Source: Candidatus Woesearchaeota archaeon (GTDB lineage: Archaea; Nanobdellota; Nanobdellia; Pacearchaeales; GW2011-AR1). Taken from it: 64,000 bases of DNA. The notes beneath the pieces are model-generated. The model was not told the origin of the DNA. It saw only the letters and a list, made by a program, of their open reading frames with translations, and did not search any database. Positions 1 through 9,375 of the stretch are shown here, piece by piece; within the stretch, counting starts at the first letter, position 1; every line of letters begins with the position of its first letter. Made by a program: the position numbers and the translations under genes. Where the stretch lies: NCBI GenBank assembly GCA_964514585.1, contig CAZETU010000004.1:1-64000 (forward strand), given 5' to 3'.

Positions 1-521
1 AAATACCAACCATTCTCAACACACCGCTTAATCAAACTCTTCCGTCCACAAAAACAATGCATCACAACCTTCTCGTCCTTCATCCCATTCTCCTCCAGAA
101 TCTCTATAGCTTCCGTCTCAGCCTTCCTAGAATGGATCACAATCGACTTTTTCAACCTCTTCGCCAAATCTATCTGCTTCTCAAAAATAACCTTCTGTTT
201 CTCAAAACTAGCCTTCCTACCCTCAGTATCAAAATCAAGCCCACATTCCCCAACAGCAACACACTCATCCGCATGCTCCTCAATCCAAGCAATCTCACCA
301 TCAATATCCTTAGAAAAATTCCCAATAGGATAAATCCCAAACGAAGCCTTCACGATATCATATTTCTTAGACAACTCCAAACATTCCCGATTCCTCTCAG
401 GACTCGTCCCAGAATTAATCACAAACTCGACCCCTGCCTTCTTACATTTCTCAATAACCTCATCCAAATCATCTTTAAATCTAGAACTTTCCAAATGCGC
501 ATGAACATCAACTAATTTCAT
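1..521 (-). CDS. tatD: TatD family hydrolase/DNase, N-terminal part; gene runs off the window start
   Basis: Manual minus-strand translation from ATG at 521: MKLVDVHAHLES...VAVGECGLDF...SIVIHSRKAE...VVMHCF (DxHxH, GExGLD, IHSR, HCF motifs). Absent from the ORF track. Confidence 0.9.
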   Translation of the reverse strand, partial: MKLVDVHAHLESSRFKDDLDEVIEKCKKAGVEFVINSGTSPERNRECLELSKKYDIVKASFGIYPIGNFSKDIDGEIAWIEEHADECVAVGECGLDFDTEGRKASFEKQKVIFEKQIDLAKRLKKSIVIHSRKAETEAIEILEENGMKDEKVVMHCFCGRKSLIKRCVENGWY

Positions 522-554
522 AAACATTAAATACCTTCACTCCTTAAAAGATTT

Positions 555-773
555 ATGATAGAATATCTAACCCTAATCTTAGCAATCCCCTTAGGAATAA
601 TGCTCGCCGGAATAACAAAAGACGAAAAAGAAATCTACTCTAAACCACCTTACTTCCCAATAATCCTCTGGATTCTCGCTTTCGCCGCAGCAATATTCTA
701 CACCCTAGACAAAACAATCGCATTAACTCTAACATTTGTTTTCATCACCACACTCATTTGGCACAAATCATGA
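555..773 (+). CDS. Small membrane protein (72 aa, about 3 hydrophobic segments)
   Basis: ORF with hydrophobic helices and an upstream TTAAA box. Confidence 0.75.
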   Translation: MIEYLTLILAIPLGIMLAGITKDEKEIYSKPPYFPIILWILAFAAAIFYTLDKTIALTLTFVFITTLIWHKS

Positions 774-1237
774 AATGGAAAACCCCCCCTATTATAAAAA
801 TATACGAAGCACTTGGATGTATCGCAGACGAAAGAATAATAGAAGAAAACAACGAAATACACATATACTCTTCGAGTAAAAACAAATTCTATATAATAAA
901 ATATTCAGAAAAAGAAAATGCCATAATGTCTAACGATAATGGCTCATATTGGAAAGGATATCTTGGATACCCCGCTATAGCCTACCTCATGTTTATCAGA
1001 AAAATAAAATACCAAGAAAAAATATCAAAAGCATTAAAAGGAATAAAATGGAAAGACATAAATCAAAGATTCAAAAATGATTTCTCAAAAACAGAAAAAT
1101 ATATCAGAAGCTCCTTGTTGCTTCAAGGAATAAATCTAAAAGAACTTGACACAGAACTTGATAAGATTATGAAACAAATAAAAAAATTAAATCTAAATAT
1201 TTTAGGAACTAAAACAAAACCTCCAAAAGGTTATTAG
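770..1237 (+). CDS. Hypothetical protein (about 155 aa)
   Basis: ATGA overlap with the upstream stop at 770-773; long open frame (WKGYLGYP). Confidence 0.75.
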   Translation: MKWKTPPIIKIYEALGCIADERIIEENNEIHIYSSSKNKFYIIKYSEKENAIMSNDNGSYWKGYLGYPAIAYLMFIRKIKYQEKISKALKGIKWKDINQRFKNDFSKTEKYIRSSLLLQGINLKELDTELDKIMKQIKKLNLNILGTKTKPPKGY

Positions 1238-1310
1238 CACCCTAGACAAAACAATCGTCCTAACACTGACATTCGTATTCATTACAACATTCATATGGAA
1301 CAAAGCTTGA
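1238..1310 (+). pseudogene. Stranded, diverged copy of the last 73 bp of the 555-773 gene
   Basis: Encodes TLDKTIVLTLTFVFITTFIWNKA* versus TLDKTIALTLTFVFITTLIWHKS* at 701-773; first 20 bp identical. Confidence 0.85.
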
Positions 1311-1529
1311 ATATCCAACATGAAATTTCCCATCAGAAAAAGAAACCCTCCCTGTACCTATGGCGCCAAAAGTGATTTCAAAAAATTCTTCATAAAGAAG
1401 TCGCGGTAAACCCACACACGCTAGAACACTACTAACCTCATTATAAGCCGTTTCTATAGTGTGTCTCCCAGGATCATCATGCACCAAATCAATCAAATAG
1501 CCAACAGAACAAAAATCACATCCCATCAA
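1260..1529 (-). CDS. Possible hypothetical protein (about 89 aa)
   Basis: Open frame filling an otherwise empty gap; no recognisable motif. Confidence 0.4.
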   Translation of the reverse strand: MMGCDFCSVGYLIDLVHDDPGRHTIETAYNEVSSVLACVGLPRLLYEEFFEITFGAIGTGRVSFSDGKFHVGYSSFVPYECCNEYECQC

Positions 1530-1601
1530 TCACAAAAAACAAATTCATTAATAAATCTAACCCTCCCAAAAACTTAAAACCCCCCTTCTTCTCAAAAAAT
1601 T

Positions 1602-2315
1602 ATGACACTTTACATTATAGGAACAGGAATGGACAAAAACTCAATCCCAGCCGACGCTCTAGAAATCCTAAAAACCTGCGACACAATCTACCTAGAAAAC
1701 TACACAGTAAACTTCCCATACCCAACAGAAGAATTAGAAAAAACCTACAAAATAAAAATAACAGAACTAAACAGGCAAAAAGTCGAAGACGAATCAATAC
1801 TACAAGAAGCAAAAGACAAAGAAATCGCACTCCTAGTCTACGGCGACTCACTCTCAGCAACAACCCATATGCAACTAATCCTCGAATGTAAAAAACAAAA
1901 AATCCCTTACCAAGTCTTCCACAACGCCTCAATTATGACCGTAATCGCAACCACAGGCCTCCAACTCTATAAATTCGGGAAAACCGCAAGCATGCCAAAT
2001 TGGGAAGAACACACAAATAAACCGACTTCATTCGCAAATTACATCACACAAAATCAATCAATCGATGCCCACACCCTAATCCTAACCGACATAGGCCTAA
2101 AAATCTCAGACGCAATTAACCAACTCCTAGAGTCCACTAATGACCTTCCAGAAAAAATCATCGCCCTATCAAACGCCGGAACAAAAAATCAAAAACTATT
2201 CTACGACACCCCACAAAACCTAAAAGAAAAAAACATCCCAATGCCATTCTGCCTAATCATCCCGACAAAACTCCATTTCATCGAAGAAGAAGCTATTCAA
2301 GAATTAAAAGAATAA
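1602..2315 (+). CDS. dph5: Diphthine synthase (SAM-dependent methyltransferase)
   Basis: LYIIGTG...IYLENYT, LLVYGDSLSATTH, VFHNASI, YKFGKTAS, HTLILTDI motifs. Confidence 0.9.
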   Translation: MTLYIIGTGMDKNSIPADALEILKTCDTIYLENYTVNFPYPTEELEKTYKIKITELNRQKVEDESILQEAKDKEIALLVYGDSLSATTHMQLILECKKQKIPYQVFHNASIMTVIATTGLQLYKFGKTASMPNWEEHTNKPTSFANYITQNQSIDAHTLILTDIGLKISDAINQLLESTNDLPEKIIALSNAGTKNQKLFYDTPQNLKEKNIPMPFCLIIPTKLHFIEEEAIQELKE

Positions 2316-2345
2316 TCTTAAAAACATCTCTCCCAACATACTATC

Positions 2346-5168
2346 ATGGCCGAAATTAAAGACATCGAAAAAGAAATATTAGAATTTTGGAAGAAAGATG
2401 GAACTTTCGAAAAATCCCTAAAGCAAACTGAATCAGGAAAACCATACATTTTCTACGACGGCCCTCCTTTCGCAACAGGACTCCCGCACTACGGACACAT
2501 TATGGCCTCAATCCTAAAAGACGTCTTCCCAAGATTCTTCACAATGCAAGGAAGGTACGTAAAACGAAACTGGGGATGGGACTGCCACGGACTCCCAGTA
2601 GAAAGCATAGCCGAAAAAGAACTCGGATTAAAATCAAAAGACGAAATAGAAAAAATGGGAGTCAAAAAATTCAACGACTTCTGCCGAAGCAAAGTCCTAA
2701 CTTACTCAGACGAATGGAAAAAATACATCGACAGAATCGGCCGTTGGGTAGACTGGGAAGGCGGCTACAAAACAATGGATACAGACTACATCGAATCAGT
2801 CTGGTGGGCTTTCAAGCAACTCTACGAAAAAGGCTACTTATACGAAGGCGAAAAAATCCTAATGTACTGCCCACACTGCGCAACCCCACTAGCAAAATCA
2901 GAAATCGCAATGGACAACTCCTACAAAAACGTAAAAGATATAACAGTCGTCGTAAAATTCAAACTAGAAGAAGAAAACACCTACGCACTCGCATGGACAA
3001 CAACCCCATGGACACTACCCTCAAACCTCGCCCTAGCAGTAAACCCAAAACTAACTTACGCCTATGTCAAAGACAAATCCGATGGCAACACATACCTCCT
3101 AGCAAAAGACCTAATAGAAAAATTCTACAAATCCAAAGATGAATACGAGATATCAAAAGAAGTAAAAGGAGGAAAACTCGAAGGGAAAAAATATGAACCC
3201 CTATACCCCTACTTCAAAGACACGCCAAACGCATTCAAATTTTTAATAGCAGATTTTGTAACAGCTGAAGAAGGAACAGGAATCGTTCACACAGCTCCGG
3301 CATTCGGTGAAGACGATAATGCAATTTGCAGAAAATACGAAATCCCAATGGTTCAACCAGTTGACGACAATGGACACTTCACCGACGAAGTAACAGACTA
3401 CGCAGGCAAATACGTCCACGACATAAACGAACAAATCGTAATCGACCTAAAAAAAACAAACAAAGCAGTCATGTCAAGAAAAATGGAACACGAATACCCA
3501 TTCTGCTACCGATGCGACACAAAACTAATCTACCGAGCCCTACCAGCCTGGTTCGTAAACATCCAAAAGATAAAAAATAAACTCCTAAAACTTAACAAAA
3601 AAATAAACTGGATTCCAGAATTCCTAAAAGAAGGACGAATGAATCATAACATCTCAACAGCTCCAGATTGGAACGTCACAAGAAACCGATACTGGGCAAC
3701 AGCTATTCCAATTTGGAAATCAGAATCAGGCAAAATAAAAGTAATCGGCTCAATTGAAGAACTAGAAAAATTAACAAATAAAAAAATTACCGACCTACAC
3801 AAAGACACTCTAGATCCAATCAAACTAAAAATCGACGGCGAAGAATATACAAGAATCCCAGAAGTTCTAGACTGCTGGTTCGAATCAGGAGCAATGACCT
3901 TCGCACAATTTCACTACCCATTCGAAAACAAAAAATTCTTCGACGAACATTTCCCCGCCCAATTCGTCGTCGAATACATAGCCCAAACACGAGCTTGGTT
4001 CTACTACATGATGACATTATCCGCAATACTCTTCGACAAAATTCCATTCGAAAACGTTCTAACAACTGGAACAATCCTCGCCGAAGACGGACAAAAAATG
4101 TCAAAATCTCTAAACAATTATCCAGATCCCTTGGAAGTCATAGACAAATACGGAGCCGACGCTTTAAGATTTTACATCTTATCGTCATCATTCGCCATAG
4201 CAGACAACGGAAACTTCTCAGAAAAAGGATTAAAAGAATCCTACAAAAAAGTAATCGTTCTACTATACAACGTCGCAAACTTCTACAAAGACTACCAAAC
4301 CACAAGCGACAAACCACAAGCGACAAGCAAACATATAATGGACCGCTGGATAATCTCAAAAACAGAAACACTAAATCAAGAAGTTAAAAAATACCTAGAA
4401 GAATACAACACTATCAAAGCCTGCGCTGCAATAAAAGAATACATCGAAGACTTGTCAACTTGGTACGTCCGAAACTCCAGAGATCGATTCAACGAAAACA
4501 GCGAAGATGCAAGAAAAACCCTTAGATATGTCCTAGAAAAAATCACAAGAGTTCTAGCCCCAATCCTACCATTCACAACAGAAAAAATATTTAGGGACCT
4601 AAACGGAAAAAACAAGTCAGTCCACCTAGAAGAATATCCAAAACCAAACACAAAAGCTATAGACGAAGGCCTTGAGGCTCAAATGTCTCACACGAGGACA
4701 ATAGTCTCCCAAGGACTAAGACTAAGAGACCAAAACAAAATCGGATTAAAATGGCCGCTATCATCAGTAAACGTCGCCGCAAAGGTCAAATTATCAGAAG
4801 AACTAAAATCAGTCGTAATCCAAGAGCTAAATGTCAAAGAATTCAAAGTTAAACCCTGTAACAACGCAGAGCTTGAAATAACCCTAGACACAAAGATAAC
4901 GCCAGAACTCGAAGCCGAAGGTTTCGCAAGAGAAATCACTAGAAAAGTCCAGGCCGCAAGAAAAGAGGCAGAATTAGTCAAATCGGACTCAATCGAACTA
5001 GAAATATCATCAGAATTCGACGACAAACTAGAATCACAACTCGATTTCATCAAAGAAAAAGTTGGCGCTAAGACCATTTCTCTCAAAGATTCAAAGAAAA
5101 GTTTTAATCACTCCAAAGAGGGTAAAATAAGAGAACAATCTTTCTCCATTAGGTTCAATAAAATTTAA
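2346..5168 (+). CDS. ileS: Isoleucine-tRNA ligase (archaeal/eukaryal type)
   Basis: FYDGPPFATGLPHYGH, GWDCHGLP, WTTTPWTLP, KMSKS. Confidence 0.97.
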   Translation: MAEIKDIEKEILEFWKKDGTFEKSLKQTESGKPYIFYDGPPFATGLPHYGHIMASILKDVFPRFFTMQGRYVKRNWGWDCHGLPVESIAEKELGLKSKDEIEKMGVKKFNDFCRSKVLTYSDEWKKYIDRIGRWVDWEGGYKTMDTDYIESVWWAFKQLYEKGYLYEGEKILMYCPHCATPLAKSEIAMDNSYKNVKDITVVVKFKLEEENTYALAWTTTPWTLPSNLALAVNPKLTYAYVKDKSDGNTYLLAKDLIEKFYKSKDEYEISKEVKGGKLEGKKYEPLYPYFKDTPNAFKFLIADFVTAEEGTGIVHTAPAFGEDDNAICRKYEIPMVQPVDDNGHFTDEVTDYAGKYVHDINEQIVIDLKKTNKAVMSRKMEHEYPFCYRCDTKLIYRALPAWFVNIQKIKNKLLKLNKKINWIPEFLKEGRMNHNISTAPDWNVTRNRYWATAIPIWKSESGKIKVIGSIEELEKLTNKKITDLHKDTLDPIKLKIDGEEYTRIPEVLDCWFESGAMTFAQFHYPFENKKFFDEHFPAQFVVEYIAQTRAWFYYMMTLSAILFDKIPFENVLTTGTILAEDGQKMSKSLNNYPDPLEVIDKYGADALRFYILSSSFAIADNGNFSEKGLKESYKKVIVLLYNVANFYKDYQTTSDKPQATSKHIMDRWIISKTETLNQEVKKYLEEYNTIKACAAIKEYIEDLSTWYVRNSRDRFNENSEDARKTLRYVLEKITRVLAPILPFTTEKIFRDLNGKNKSVHLEEYPKPNTKAIDEGLEAQMSHTRTIVSQGLRLRDQNKIGLKWPLSSVNVAAKVKLSEELKSVVIQELNVKEFKVKPCNNAELEITLDTKITPELEAEGFAREITRKVQAARKEAELVKSDSIELEISSEFDDKLESQLDFIKEKVGAKTISLKDSKKSFNHSKEGKIREQSFSIRFNKI

Positions 5169-5253
5169 TTATCGTCGATAAAAGTCATTTTCACCCCTCA
5201 ATTCCGAGACATTTTAAAGAAACATTTAAATACTATTCAAGACTAAAAGAATT

Positions 5254-6060
5254 ATGATTGTCAAAGAGGAATTTTTGAGCAGACTAAGAAAGATATTCGA
5301 CTTAAATCTCTACGAAGTAAAAGTCTGGACAGCGCTTCTCTCTCGAGGAACCTCAACAGCAGGCGAATTATCCTCAATCTCCGACGTGCCACGTTCTCGA
5401 ACATACGATATCTTAGAATCCCTAGAAAAGAAAGGCTTCATCGTCATGAAGCTAGGAAAACCCATCAAATTCGTAGCACTAAAACCAGAAGAAGTAATCG
5501 AGAGAGTAAAAAAGAATCTCATAATTACAGCAAAAGACAAATCAAAAAGACTAGAAAAACTAAAAGGCGACGACGTTCTTGAAGAATTAAGTGGATTATT
5601 CTCAGAAGGAATAAAATTCGTTGAGCCAACAGATCTCTCAGGCGCACTAAAAGGAAGACAAAACATCTACAACCATCTAGACATGCTAGTCAGAGAAGCC
5701 CAAAAAACAATCACATTAGTAACAACAGCAGACGGACTAAGTAGAAAATTAGAAGTTCTTTTACCAAGCTTAGAAAAAGCAAAAAAGAGAGGCGTTAAAA
5801 TCAGAGTTGCTGCCCCAATAAATAATGAAAACAAGTCAGTAGCAAAAGACTTCGCAAAAGTAGCAGATGTCAAAAATGCCGACGGTCTCAAAGCAAGATT
5901 TATGATAATCGATAGTGAACAATTAATGTTCATGCTTCTAAACGACGAAGAGGTCCACCCAACTTACGACGTAGGAGTTTGGTTAAACACAGAATTCTTT
6001 GCACAAGCACTAGAGCAACTTTTCGAAATTGCTTGGAATGATTTTAAATCAGTTAAATAA
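5254..6060 (+). CDS. TrmB family transcriptional regulator
   Basis: LNLYEVKVWTALL...SDVPRSRTYDILESLEKKGF HTH followed by a PLD-like effector domain. Confidence 0.9.
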   Translation: MIVKEEFLSRLRKIFDLNLYEVKVWTALLSRGTSTAGELSSISDVPRSRTYDILESLEKKGFIVMKLGKPIKFVALKPEEVIERVKKNLIITAKDKSKRLEKLKGDDVLEELSGLFSEGIKFVEPTDLSGALKGRQNIYNHLDMLVREAQKTITLVTTADGLSRKLEVLLPSLEKAKKRGVKIRVAAPINNENKSVAKDFAKVADVKNADGLKARFMIIDSEQLMFMLLNDEEVHPTYDVGVWLNTEFFAQALEQLFEIAWNDFKSVK

Positions 6061-6062
6061 AC

Positions 6063-6485
6063 ATGAAAAAAGGATCCCTTGGTACACTACTAATTACCAT
6101 TTTTATTGTTATAATTATTATTATTATTATTATTATTATTCTAAGACCAAATTGCACCAAAGAAGGAAATCTGTTCCTAAATAACAAAAAACCATGCTGT
6201 TCTGGATTGACCCCAAAATCAGTACATATAAATTTTGTAACAATAGAAGGAAAATGTTATGATTTTATTGATATGTATTCTATGGATCTAAATAAATTTT
6301 GCATTGCATGTGGAGATGGTAAATGCAGTAAATTAGAAAATAAATGCAATTGTGAAAAAGATTGTTCTAATCAACCATCTGATTATGAATCAATTGAAAA
6401 ATTTTGCTCCTCTCAAGACTACTCTAAATATTGCGAAGAAACAAATCAATATAGCGGAAAAGCTTGTGAACTATGTCAAAACTAA
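6063..6485 (+). CDS. Membrane-anchored Cys-rich secreted protein
   Basis: N-terminal poly-Ile anchor; CGDGKCSKLENKCNCEKDC disulfide-type motif. Confidence 0.7.
   Translation: MKKGSLGTLLITIFIVIIIIIIIIIILRPNCTKEGNLFLNNKKPCCSGLTPKSVHINFVTIEGKCYDFIDMYSMDLNKFCIACGDGKCSKLENKCNCEKDCSNQPSDYESIEKFCSSQDYSKYCEETNQYSGKACELCQN
6114..6140 (+). repeat. (ATT)9 trinucleotide microsatellite encoding poly-Ile
   Basis: Nine perfect ATT copies read directly. Confidence 0.95.
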
Positions 6486-6524
6486 GTAAATATCAAGAAT
6501 CAAAGACAGAATAAGTAAAGAATT

Positions 6525-8189
6525 CTACATCTCTTCCAAAGTCTCAATCCCCAACAAACCCAAACTCTTTTTCAAAGTAACCCTAAAAGCATCAACCAAC
6601 TTCAGCCTAAACCCTTCTTCAATGCTCCCCAAAACCGGACAATCATGATAAAACTCATTAAACATCTTAGACAACTCAAAAGCATAATTAGCAATCAGAT
6701 TCGGCGCCAGTCCATCATAAGCTCGTCGGACAACATCCCCAAGCCCATCAATCTTTTTCAATAACCGAATCTCCGAATCCTTCAAATCAACTATTCTTAC
6801 AGCCTTCTTGCTCTTCACTTTCCTAATAATCGAATTCGCCCTAGCATAACTATACAACAAATAGGGGCCCGTATCCCCCTCGAAACTCAAAAATTTATCA
6901 ACATCAAAAACCATATTATTCTCTCGATTATTTTTCAAATCCCCATAAAAAATAGCAGCCATAGCAACCCTATGAGCCCTCATATCAAGTTCTTTCTTAG
7001 AAAGCTTCTCTCTCTCGCTCAAATTCTCCCTCGCCTTCTCAGTCACTTCCTCCAAAATATCTTTCATATAAACAGTTTTACCTTTTCTTGTAGAAAGCTT
7101 CTTTCCATCCGAAGCCAAATAAAGACCGTGAGCAACATGAGTACAATCCTTCGCCCAAGAATAACCCATCATTTCAAGAACCTTAAAAAATTGCTTAAAA
7201 TGAAGCCTCTGTTCACCACCAACCTCATAAATCATCCTGTCAAAATTATACTCCTTCTTTCTATTAATCGCCGCAGCCAAATCTCTCGTAGCATAAAGAC
7301 TCGTTCCATCACTTTTCTGAATCAAAACAACACCAAGTCCTTCGTCCTTCAAGTCAACAATACTCGCCCCATCATCCTTCTTCAATAATTTCTTTTTCTT
7401 CAGCTCGTCGATAACAGGCTCCATCTTATCATTATATTTACTCTCCCCACTAACGACATCAAAAGAAACGCCTAAAACATCATAAAGATCATCAAACTTT
7501 TCAATAGAAAGTTTTCTAAATCTCTTCCAAATATCTAAATTCCCAACATCACCTTCTTCTAATTTTTTAAATTCCGCCCGAGCCTCATCGTCAAACTCAT
7601 CACTAGAACTAACCTTAACATACAATTCCTGCAAATGCAAAACCGCATCTTCCTCAAGTTTCTTCTCATCGCCCCACTTCTTATACGCCAAAATAATCTT
7701 CCCAAACTGAGTTCCCCAATCTCCCAAATAATTAATTTTCACAACCTTATACCCATTAGCCTCACTAATTTTACCAATAGAATTACCAATAATAGTCGAC
7801 CTCAAATGACCAATCCCGAAAGGTTTCGCAATATTAGGACTTGACATATCAATACAAACCGTCTTCCTCTTGCCCAAATCATTATCACCAAAATCTTTCT
7901 TCTTCACCTTGGCTAAAACATCCTTAGCCAAACTTTTTTTGTCAACAAAAAAATTCACATAAGCCCCCTTAAAATCAACATTAGAAACCTCCTTCGGCAA
8001 CTTCTTTCTAAACTTCTCAGCCAAGTCCTCGGCAATCTTCATAGGATTGGTCTTCATTTTTTTAGCCAAACTAAAACAAGGAAAAGCAAAATCACCAAGC
8101 TCCAAACTAGGCGGAACCTCCAATAAATTCGCAACCTCGTCCAGCGAAACCCTAAGCTCATCGGAAATCAACTTAACAACATCTTTCAT
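6525..8189 (-). CDS. argS: Arginine-tRNA ligase
   Basis: SSPNIAKPFGIGHLRSTIIG, YLGDWGTQFG, KSDGTSLYATRDLA, KLSTRKG, FEGDTGPYLLYSYAR. Confidence 0.97.
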   Translation of the reverse strand: MKDVVKLISDELRVSLDEVANLLEVPPSLELGDFAFPCFSLAKKMKTNPMKIAEDLAEKFRKKLPKEVSNVDFKGAYVNFFVDKKSLAKDVLAKVKKKDFGDNDLGKRKTVCIDMSSPNIAKPFGIGHLRSTIIGNSIGKISEANGYKVVKINYLGDWGTQFGKIILAYKKWGDEKKLEEDAVLHLQELYVKVSSSDEFDDEARAEFKKLEEGDVGNLDIWKRFRKLSIEKFDDLYDVLGVSFDVVSGESKYNDKMEPVIDELKKKKLLKKDDGASIVDLKDEGLGVVLIQKSDGTSLYATRDLAAAINRKKEYNFDRMIYEVGGEQRLHFKQFFKVLEMMGYSWAKDCTHVAHGLYLASDGKKLSTRKGKTVYMKDILEEVTEKARENLSEREKLSKKELDMRAHRVAMAAIFYGDLKNNRENNMVFDVDKFLSFEGDTGPYLLYSYARANSIIRKVKSKKAVRIVDLKDSEIRLLKKIDGLGDVVRRAYDGLAPNLIANYAFELSKMFNEFYHDCPVLGSIEEGFRLKLVDAFRVTLKKSLGLLGIETLEEM

Positions 8190-8248
8190 AAAACCCCAAA
8201 CAAAAACTAATTTATTAAACTATTCATTATAAAAATAAAAATAAAAAA

Positions 8249-8264
8249 CCCGGACAAAGCCGGG
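8249..8264 (-). terminator. Hairpin plus U-tract, terminator-like, after the 8274-8762 gene
   Basis: CCCGG-acaaag-CCGGG, followed on the minus strand by TTTTTTATTTTTATTTTT. Confidence 0.6.
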
Positions 8265-8273
8265 CATATAAAA

Positions 8274-8762
8274 TTACTTCTTCTTACTCCAAGCAACTAT
8301 TCCTAATGCTATCAAATAAAGAATGCCTCCAACTTCTGGAATTATCAACGACAAACTAAACCATCCTGGCTGCTTTCTTTTCTCGAAAATCCTCCACAAC
8401 GCAATGATAGACAAAACAAACAAAGCTATCCATCCAAGAACCGGAATAAATATCAAGAATATCCAAGCCCAATGGAAACCGCCAAGGCTCAAAACCATAG
8501 CAATTCTAACTATCGGAATCCAAGCAATCCAAGCGTTCCTATACTTAAGCTTCTTCGCAATCGAATACCATGCAAGAGAAGTATAAACGTAAATACCAGC
8601 AAGAAAGACAAGAGCAATAAGTAGTCCAACAACAAGCAACGACCCTAAAATCGCACCACCAATAAAACCACTAACAACCGGACAAGCCTCAATAAACTCC
8701 GAAGCATTTCCTTCAAAACCCGAAGTCATAATCTCAGCACAACTTTCAAATACAATTTTCAC
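8274..8762 (-). CDS. Membrane protein (DUF5684-like)
   Basis: AWIAWIPIV...LIFIPVLGWI pattern, several TM segments, GGAGGTG SD upstream. Confidence 0.7.
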   Translation of the reverse strand: MKIVFESCAEIMTSGFEGNASEFIEACPVVSGFIGGAILGSLLVVGLLIALVFLAGIYVYTSLAWYSIAKKLKYRNAWIAWIPIVRIAMVLSLGGFHWAWIFLIFIPVLGWIALFVLSIIALWRIFEKRKQPGWFSLSLIIPEVGGILYLIALGIVAWSKKK

Positions 8763-8820
8763 ACCTCCATAAAATAAACGCCAAAAGATTATTTAAAACT
8801 TTAGAACCCGACAACTTCTT

Positions 8821-9375
8821 TTAATTCTCCAGCAACCCATCAATCTTATCAATTATTTTTTCTATTCTAATCTTCGCCAAAACCAACATCTTATATCTCT
8901 CAGGATTTTTCTTACTACGCTCAAGAAGATCATTAAATCGTTCATCAAAAGAAACGACCATGTCATGTTTAATATGACTATCAGCATATGTCAACAATTC
9001 TTCTTCCAAACTTTTCGGCTCAAATTCCCCTACAAAACCCTTCTCCTCAGCAACCTCCATAGCTGAAGAATGTGTTTCGACAATTTTCCCAAGTTCCCCA
9101 AGACCCTCTTCTCTTAAAATATTCGCGCCAGTAAAAGGATGTAAAATATCTGAAACAACTCCATTCTTCCCAATATCATGAAGCAGTCCAACAATCCTCA
9201 TTTTCTCAGAATCAATATTCAACTCAGGATGCAACTTATTCAATCTCACACAAACATCATACAAAAAATCTGCCACAGCCCTAGAATGATTAAAAAGTCC
9301 TTCTAAATTTTTATTTTCACTCAAACGCGTTCTCAACAATTCTTCCGCTTCTTCATAACTAATTTTTCTATCCAT
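8821..9375 (-). CDS. HD (HDIG) domain phosphohydrolase
   Basis: NHSRAV...GLLHDIGK...HPFTGA...LTYAD; start overlaps the ABCE1 stop (TAATG). Confidence 0.85.
   Translation of the reverse strand: MDRKISYEEAEELLRTRLSENKNLEGLFNHSRAVADFLYDVCVRLNKLHPELNIDSEKMRIVGLLHDIGKNGVVSDILHPFTGANILREEGLGELGKIVETHSSAMEVAEEKGFVGEFEPKSLEEELLTYADSHIKHDMVVSFDERFNDLLERSKKNPERYKMLVLAKIRIEKIIDKIDGLLEN

Noticed and set aside
57-515. 152-aa + strand ORF and the many similar antisense ORFs (e.g. 29301-30056, 36112-37155, 41170-41898, 52162-53172)
   Set aside because: Shadows of real minus-strand genes (tatD, nfo, fusA, rpoA, nrdD), favoured by the T-poor + strand; L/I/N/P/R-rich with no motifs.
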